Below, one piece after another: positions 57,766 to 64,000 of a stretch of DNA of 64,000 bases. The notes beneath the pieces were generated by a model. That model worked only from the letters and a program-made list of their open reading frames with translations, searched no databases and was not told the DNA's origin. The position numbers and the translations under genes are program-made. Source of the DNA: Nitrospinaceae bacterium. Lineage in GTDB: Bacteria; Nitrospinota; Nitrospinia; Nitrospinales; Nitrospinaceae. Position 1 is the first letter of the stretch. Each line of letters opens with the position of its first letter. The stretch lies in the NCBI GenBank assembly GCA_965223665.1, contig OZ245011.1, forward strand, positions 224,001 to 288,000, written 5' to 3'.

Positions 57766-60081
57766 TTACTTGGGAGGTTGAGCTCTTCGGGAAAAATTAG
57801 GTTCAATAAGCGTGCCTGCACCTTGAGTGGAAGAAGAGTCGGGAAGCTCAATGCTGAAAATTGTACCTCGGGGCTCATTGTTTCTAACCGTAATGGTGCC
57901 TCCATGATCACTTATAATTCGGTTTACGATAGCAAGACCTAACCCTGTGCCTCTTTTTTTGGTTGTAAAGTGGGGTAGAAATAATTTATTGCGGTCTTCG
58001 GGACTGATTCCCGATCCATTATCAGAAAAATCAATAATGATCTTTTTGTTTAAAGTGTCCCAACGTGTGTTTATTTGAATAATCCCTTTTTCCTCCATGG
58101 CATCAAAAGCGTTATCAAATAAATTGATGAAAACGCGCCGGATCTGTTCCGGATCAATGTTGAGGAGATTTATATTGGGATCTAAATTTCTTTTAATTTT
58201 TAAAGATTTTTCATTGGAAGTGTATAGGTGAGTTACATCTTCAATGATTTTGTGTAAGGATTCCATTCTTGGTCTAGGCATGGGCATTCTGGAGAAACGC
58301 AGAAATTCATTGACCAAATCTTTCATTCCTTCTACTTCCTGGGATATGATTCGAATGCTTTCATCAAAAACTTTAGCAAAGGCACGTTTGTCTTCGTAAT
58401 ATTTTTTCTTTAATCTCTGAGTATTTAATTGAATAGGAGTTAGTGGATTTTTAATTTCATGGGCAATACCCTGTGCCACTTCTTGCCAGGCAGAGATTTT
58501 CTGTGCTTTGATTAATTCTGTTACATCCTCAAACACGATAAGCAAGCCTAAGTATTTTTGACGATCATCCCTCAAAAATTTAATGTTGGCTAACATAGTA
58601 AGTTTTTTGTCATCTATCGTGATTTCAACTTGTTCTTCTTGGGATTCTTTTTCCGCCTTACTCATTTTTTTTATCATTTGGCGAATGGGTTGGTGAAAGT
58701 TGTGATCAAAGGCATCACGATAACTAGAACCAACAATATCTTTCTCTCCAGTTTTAAGTAAACGTTTTGCCGCTGAGTTTAAAGTAGTAATGATTCCTTT
58801 TTTATCAATGGTAATAACCCCAGCTCCAATATTTTCTAGTACTGTTTCGGTGTAATATCTTCGGCGATCCAACTCAATGTTAGTCTTTTTTAGATTTTCA
58901 TGGGCCTGTTCGACTTTTAATTGACTTCCTTTCAACTTTCGAGTCATTGTGTTAAAAGAATCTACCAATAATCCAATCTCATCTGTAGAATTGATATCAA
59001 TATTTACATTAAGATCTCCTTCCGCAACCCGTCGGGTTCCCTGAGCAAGCTGTTGAATGGGAACGGTTATTCCCTTGGCCATATAAAACCCTAACCAAAT
59101 AGCCGAAAAAAGAATTAGAAGAGTCATTAATATAAAGGTGAAAAAATAATTAGCGCTGACAGGTAACTTTAAAAATCTTTGCTTTTTATAATTTTCATAA
59201 TTTTCGGCGATCTGGTTTATTTTTAGGACGGTATTATGCGGAACTTTAGAGAGTGTAAGAATATGCCCCCATAGAAATGATTGGCCTTTGATATCCTGGA
59301 CTAATGGGGATACCACCACTAAATAATTTTCTTTGGTATAAGTATGTGTTTCCATTCCACTATCATTTTGCATGCTTTCCTGAATGAGATCGGCATAATC
59401 CAAGTTTGTATAATTTTGCGGCATCGATTTGTTGGCATATGAAATTATGACTTCCCCCTGGTTGTCATATAAAATGGCACCCCCTAATTGATATTCTTCC
59501 ACTTTTGCGGACACCATATTTTGCAACTTTTCCCTTTTTGCCTTATTTAGCAGATCATCTTTTTCAATAAAGCTTTGTAATTGTTGAGTCAGGTACAGTC
59601 CTTTATTTTCAAGAGTTCCATAATATTCTTGTGCAACTTCCATTGACTGTTTTAAAGATTGTTCCACCTGAATTCCAAACCAATTCCCAACGCTGTAAGT
59701 AAATAATTTGCTCGCAACAATGAATAACAGGATAGAGGGCAGGAGAACTAATATTAAAAAAGCGAAAATTAGCTTAGTTTGGAACTTAGATCCTATGATT
59801 TTACTTTTTCTCTCATTATAAAGCTTAATAAGATTTCGAGTAATGAGTAGAATTAAAACGAAAAGTAAAATTATGATTACATTGAATAAAAGAAAAACTG
59901 AAATATTGTCAGCGATTGTGGAAGAACGTTGCTGTAAAAAATTAACTTCTAGTAGGGTGAGCGAAATAAAAGCTATGGAGATAAAAATGAGTGTTCGACG
60001 AGCTTTACGCCTTTTTTCACGAATTTGATCATCCGTTAAGTGAAGGTTTTGTGGATTATTGGCTAAAGGATTGGATGACAT
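57766..60081 (-). CDS. ntrY: NtrY-like sensor histidine kinase (TM-HAMP-PAS-HisKA-HATPase)
   Basis: AWQEVAQGIAHEIKNPLTPIQL, DEIG (HAMP), DNGSG and GTGLGL motifs; lies downstream of DUF4390. Confidence 0.8.
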   Translation of the reverse strand: MSSNPLANNPQNLHLTDDQIREKRRKARRTLIFISIAFISLTLLEVNFLQQRSSTIADNISVFLLFNVIIILLFVLILLITRNLIKLYNERKSKIIGSKFQTKLIFAFLILVLLPSILLFIVASKLFTYSVGNWFGIQVEQSLKQSMEVAQEYYGTLENKGLYLTQQLQSFIEKDDLLNKAKREKLQNMVSAKVEEYQLGGAILYDNQGEVIISYANKSMPQNYTNLDYADLIQESMQNDSGMETHTYTKENYLVVVSPLVQDIKGQSFLWGHILTLSKVPHNTVLKINQIAENYENYKKQRFLKLPVSANYFFTFILMTLLILFSAIWLGFYMAKGITVPIQQLAQGTRRVAEGDLNVNIDINSTDEIGLLVDSFNTMTRKLKGSQLKVEQAHENLKKTNIELDRRRYYTETVLENIGAGVITIDKKGIITTLNSAAKRLLKTGEKDIVGSSYRDAFDHNFHQPIRQMIKKMSKAEKESQEEQVEITIDDKKLTMLANIKFLRDDRQKYLGLLIVFEDVTELIKAQKISAWQEVAQGIAHEIKNPLTPIQLNTQRLKKKYYEDKRAFAKVFDESIRIISQEVEGMKDLVNEFLRFSRMPMPRPRMESLHKIIEDVTHLYTSNEKSLKIKRNLDPNINLLNIDPEQIRRVFINLFDNAFDAMEEKGIIQINTRWDTLNKKIIIDFSDNGSGISPEDRNKLFLPHFTTKKRGTGLGLAIVNRIISDHGGTITVRNNEPRGTIFSIELPDSSSTQGAGTLIEPNFSRRAQPPK

Positions 60082-60730
60082 TGCCTATCTTTTCGGAACT
60101 AGATTCCGTCCTTGTTTTATTCCCATTAAATGCTTCTTGGGGAAATTCTGAATTTTGGGGAACATCTAGTAATCTGGATTCTGCCCAGGATGTTTCAAAT
60201 TCATTAAAAGGAACAAAGAATAGCAGATAGTTGAAAGGAAACCAAAAACCATTTGCATCTAATTCGGCTTTTACTCGAATATAATATTTCTTTTCTGGAT
60301 TAACTTTGTATAAGGGAGCAACTGGAATATGGCTGAGAGTTAACATTAATTTTTCGCAACGTTCCAAACTCTTGGTGATAATTTTTCGATGGACGTTTTT
60401 TCCCTCAGAAGTAAACTGGTAAACTTTCTTTAATGTGTCATATTGAATTGAGTGAGTTATTTTATTTTTACTCACAGTATTATCAAGAAAAAAGGGTACC
60501 TCACGGACTAACTCGACTTCATATGTGAAAGTCATGGGAACTCCACTTTTAATAGCCTCAATCAAGCGCTGATTAAAAGCATCGCGGAGGTTAGCATCAA
60601 TATAGATTAAATGGTCACCATTTTTAATCGCAATATTTTTAATGGAAGGCCTTGCAAGGATTGTTGAAGGAAGGAAAAATATGGTAAATGTAATTATTGA
60701 TACTAAAATCAATTTAGAGGAAAATTTCAA
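60056..60730 (-). CDS. DUF4390-like exported protein
   Basis: Signal peptide, EAIKSGVPMTFTY and YDTLKKVY; position immediately upstream of ntrY. Confidence 0.7.
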   Translation of the reverse strand: MKFSSKLILVSIITFTIFFLPSTILARPSIKNIAIKNGDHLIYIDANLRDAFNQRLIEAIKSGVPMTFTYEVELVREVPFFLDNTVSKNKITHSIQYDTLKKVYQFTSEGKNVHRKIITKSLERCEKLMLTLSHIPVAPLYKVNPEKKYYIRVKAELDANGFWFPFNYLLFFVPFNEFETSWAESRLLDVPQNSEFPQEAFNGNKTRTESSSEKIGNVIQSFSQ

Positions 60731-60940
60731 GAGGAACCTCAGTGAAAATTAATTTAAAGGAGGATATTGGGAGAAATGCCTCCGTGGTGAAAAAATTAAA
60801 TCCCCTTATAAAGGAATTATGACACCCTATTATAGTATATTTTCGAAAAGGAGTAAATAATCACAGTCCATCTTAATTTTTCCGATAAGTTTCCTGAAAT
60901 TTTAATCAAATTTGGGTGAAAACTGATTAATTAATAAGAA

Positions 60941-63601
60941 TCAATCTAATTTTTGGTTTTTCTGGATTAGATTGACAAGCTCATAGATCTTTTCTAGGGC
61001 TTCCCTTGGGCTAAGGTCATCCGGATTAATTTCTTTCAATTTTTTTAGGTAAGGGGGAGTTGGGGATTCTTGAAACAAGGGAATCTGTTTTGAGGAAATT
61101 GAGTCATTTTGTTTGTGACCGATTCTAGCCAATCCTTCTTCATCAAGCTCACTATTTTCCAGGTTAGATAACACTTCACGAGCCCTCTCTAATACATTTT
61201 CAGGCAAACCGGCAAGACGGGCCACTTGGATTCCATAGCTTTTATCCGCAGGACCGGGTAAAATTTTCCTTAAAAAAATTATTTCTTCATTCCATTCCTT
61301 GACCTGAACATTTAAGTTTTTGACCCCTGAAAGTTCTCGTTCTAAATCTGTCATTTCATGATAATGAGTAGCAAATAGAGTTTTAGCCCCTACAGAGCCA
61401 TGTAAATATTCAACAATTGACCAGGCTAAGCTAATTCCATCAAATGTGCTTGTTCCACGACCAATTTCATCAAGAATTAGTAAGCTTTTTGAGGACGCGT
61501 TGTTTAAGATATTAGCAGTTTCATTCATTTCAACCATGAATGTTGATTGTCCTTTTATTAAATGGTCCTGTGCTCCTACACGAGAAAAAATTCGATTTAC
61601 GATGCCAATATTTGCAGTATCTGCTGGCACAAAACTTCCTATTTGGGCCATAAGAGTAATAAGTGCCACTTGGCGGAGGTAAGTAGATTTTCCAGCCATA
61701 TTTGGACCAGTAATGATCATAATTTGATTTTCTGAACAATCTAGTAAAGTATCATTTGGAATGAATTGTTGATTAAGGTCAAGAGTCTCTACAATTGGAT
61801 GACGCCCATTTGTTATATTTAATGAGTTGTCTTCGCTCAAGTTTGGTCGGCAATACTGGTTTCTATGAGATGTCTCTGCAAGCGAAATTAATCCATCAAT
61901 CTCTGCTATAATTTGTGACATTTGTTGAATTCTAGAACTTTCTTTGGATACTTGTTCGCGGACTTTTTGAAATATTTGTTGTTCTAAAGTTAAGATTTTT
62001 TCATCCGCGCCAGAAATTTCTTGTTCATATTTTTTCAATTCCGGAGAAATGTATCTCTCTGAATTTACAAGTGACTGTTTACGGATATAATCTTCAGGTA
62101 TTCTGTCCAAATTTCTTTTAGTTACTTCAATATAATACCCATAAATTTTGTTATAACCTACTTTCAACTGAGGTATCCTAGTCCGTTCTTTTTCTTTGGT
62201 TTCTAAATTAGCAATAGCAGTATTACCTTCACGTGAAATACTTTTTAAACGATCCAATTCTTTGTTACTTCCGGGTTTAATTAAATGTCCATCTTTAAAG
62301 TTATGGGGAGGATCGTCTACAATATGTTTCTCAATACTTTCGACGGCGTTTTCCACATTATCCCAATTTGAAATATTCGCTTTGATTAGAGTGGAAGAAC
62401 AATTTTCAAGTAATGAATATATTTTTGGCAGGATGAGTAATGAGGACTTTAAGGTAGTCAGGTCTCTTGGGCTACAAGCCGAAAGGGCTATTCGACCCAA
62501 AAGACGCTCTAAGTCGAAAATATTTTTTAGTAAATTTCTTAAATCATTTCGCAATATAGGATTATTAATAAACTCCTCAACAACGTTTAATCTCTCATCA
62601 ATAGAAGAAAGGTCTATTAGGGGCTTTAATATCCATTCACGCATACTTCTAGAACCCATAGGTGTACAGCATTGGTCCAATAAATTTAAAAGTGAAAACT
62701 TTTTAGTCCCGTCGCTGGAACGAATTAACTCTAAACTATTTATTGTGGCTTGATCCAGCATCATATAATTATGAACGCTGAAAGTGGTGAAAGTATTTAT
62801 ATGTTGTAGAGCTCCTTTTTGCGTTTCTTGAAGAAATTGTATTAAACTTCCAGCGGCACAAATCGAAGACTTAAGATCTTCACAACCGAATCCTTCTAAA
62901 GTTTTTGTTTTAAATTGCTCTGTAAGTATGCGGTAGGCTTGATTGTATGAATAAGTCCAGTCTTCGCAAGAGTGGATCAAAAAACTCTGATCTTTGATCC
63001 AATGAGGAGTAGAACCATTGCTATTGTGTATAGATTCAGGAACAAGAACTTCTTTAGGATCCAGCTTGACCAATTCATCCAATAGAACGTTATCAGAGGA
63101 GTTGTGCTCAAATTGAGTTACTTTGAATATTCCGGTTGACAAATCTACAGCAGCCAATCCATAGTCTTCATTTCCAAAAAAAATGGATACAATAAAGTGA
63201 TTGCTTCTGGGATCTAATAAGGAATCATCTAATACAGTTCCAGGAGTGACAACACGAATAACTTCTCTTTTTACTAATCCCTTGGCTTGTTTGGCATCTT
63301 CTGTTTGTTCACAGATAGCAACCTTTTTCCCGTTTTTAATTAGTTTAGAAATGTAAAGGTTGGCAGAATGGAAAGGGATCCCGCACATAGGAGTAGGATT
63401 AGCTCTATTTTTGTTTCGAGAGGTAAGGGCGATTTCCAGAATACGTGACGCTTCTTTAGCATCTTCATTAAACATTTCATAAAAATCACCCATTCGAAAA
63501 AATAATATTGCATCTGAATACTCTTTTTTTATTTGATGATATTGCTGCATCATTGGAGTTTCATCATCAGCAATGGATTTAATGTCACTAGTTTTAGCCA
63601 T
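60941..63601 (-). CDS. mutS: DNA mismatch repair protein MutS
   Basis: TPMMQQY, FFRMGDFYE, GPNMAGKST, DEIGRGTST and ATHYHE motifs. Confidence 0.98.
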   Translation of the reverse strand: MAKTSDIKSIADDETPMMQQYHQIKKEYSDAILFFRMGDFYEMFNEDAKEASRILEIALTSRNKNRANPTPMCGIPFHSANLYISKLIKNGKKVAICEQTEDAKQAKGLVKREVIRVVTPGTVLDDSLLDPRSNHFIVSIFFGNEDYGLAAVDLSTGIFKVTQFEHNSSDNVLLDELVKLDPKEVLVPESIHNSNGSTPHWIKDQSFLIHSCEDWTYSYNQAYRILTEQFKTKTLEGFGCEDLKSSICAAGSLIQFLQETQKGALQHINTFTTFSVHNYMMLDQATINSLELIRSSDGTKKFSLLNLLDQCCTPMGSRSMREWILKPLIDLSSIDERLNVVEEFINNPILRNDLRNLLKNIFDLERLLGRIALSACSPRDLTTLKSSLLILPKIYSLLENCSSTLIKANISNWDNVENAVESIEKHIVDDPPHNFKDGHLIKPGSNKELDRLKSISREGNTAIANLETKEKERTRIPQLKVGYNKIYGYYIEVTKRNLDRIPEDYIRKQSLVNSERYISPELKKYEQEISGADEKILTLEQQIFQKVREQVSKESSRIQQMSQIIAEIDGLISLAETSHRNQYCRPNLSEDNSLNITNGRHPIVETLDLNQQFIPNDTLLDCSENQIMIITGPNMAGKSTYLRQVALITLMAQIGSFVPADTANIGIVNRIFSRVGAQDHLIKGQSTFMVEMNETANILNNASSKSLLILDEIGRGTSTFDGISLAWSIVEYLHGSVGAKTLFATHYHEMTDLERELSGVKNLNVQVKEWNEEIIFLRKILPGPADKSYGIQVARLAGLPENVLERAREVLSNLENSELDEEGLARIGHKQNDSISSKQIPLFQESPTPPYLKKLKEINPDDLSPREALEKIYELVNLIQKNQKLD

Positions 63602-63605
63602 GAAA

Positions 63606-64000
63606 CTACTCTAAAGTAATTTTTTCGAATAAGGGTTGCAGTCTATTAAATGTGGCTTCAATATGCTCAGGCAATACTTTGGTTTGTCCAATGACTGGCA
63701 TGAAATTAGTATCTCCTTTCCATCTTGGAACGATATGCGAATGAATATGTTCATCAAAACTGGCTCCACCTACAGTACCAATGTTATAGCCCACATTAAA
63801 TCCATCTGGTTGATACTCTGAACCTAAAATTTCCATAGACTTTTGAGTTAGCTGACCAATTTCTAAAATTTCAGAATTATCCATTTTGGTAATACAGGAT
63901 AGATGCCTATAAGGAGAAACCATTAAATGTCCGTTAGCATAGGGATAAATGTTAATCATAATGAACCCTAACTTTCCACGATAAAGAATTTTATTCTTTG
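63606..64000 (-). CDS. HIT-family hydrolase (5' end outside the window)
   Basis: NIYPYANGHLM, GFNVGYN and HIHSHIVPRW; the frame stays open to the window edge. Confidence 0.9.
   Translation of the reverse strand, partial: KNKILYRGKLGFIMINIYPYANGHLMVSPYRHLSCITKMDNSEILEIGQLTQKSMEILGSEYQPDGFNVGYNIGTVGGASFDEHIHSHIVPRWKGDTNFMPVIGQTKVLPEHIEATFNRLQPLFEKITLE

Noticed and set aside
60850-60890. TAAA...CCGATAA as a sigma28 promoter
   Set aside because: Wrong spacing, and it points antisense into the mutS 3' end.
1-64000. CRISPR arrays, IS elements, prophage, rRNA/tRNA
   Set aside because: No regularly spaced repeats, transposase/integrase/phage ORFs or structured-RNA signatures were seen by eye.

Overview
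AT-rich bacterial chromosomal window, densely coding, with no tRNA/rRNA, CRISPR array, transposase or prophage that I can see. The cytochrome bd-like/cytochrome c/NxrC-like operon and the overall gene set suggest a nitrite-oxidising bacterium of the Nitrospinota/Nitrospirota type; this is an inference, not a search result. Contents in order: a PAP2 phosphatase-heptosyltransferase I fusion (missed by the ORF track because it runs off the left edge), a TIGR04282-like protein and hisD, a four-gene respiratory operon (CydA-like subunit without CydB plus three c-type cytochromes, the last with an EB_dh/NxrC-like heme-b domain), rpoZ, ltaE, amtB plus a porin, a sigma54-type flagellar cluster fliL to fliA, a low-GC MBOAT/SGNH-like pair, lpxL, acpS, tsaC, an MFS transporter, cinA, a rhomboid protease, a NACHT-FGE (NLR-like) protein, a degenerate REC-HD-GYP gene in front of a probably Na+-type motAB, ribD-ribE-ribBA-ribH, a frameshifted nusB, amiC, der, an MBL-fold/cNMP-binding protein, an EF-G paralog lacking the catalytic His, ihfA-merR, a secreted HEXXH protein, DUF1566, an aldehyde dehydrogenase, DUF4390-ntrY, mutS and a partial HIT gene. 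The best candidates for an undescribed system are the bd-like/cytochrome c/NxrC-like module, the PAP2-WaaC fusion, the NACHT-FGE protein, the pseudo-HD-GYP/stator operon and the MBL-cNMP protein.
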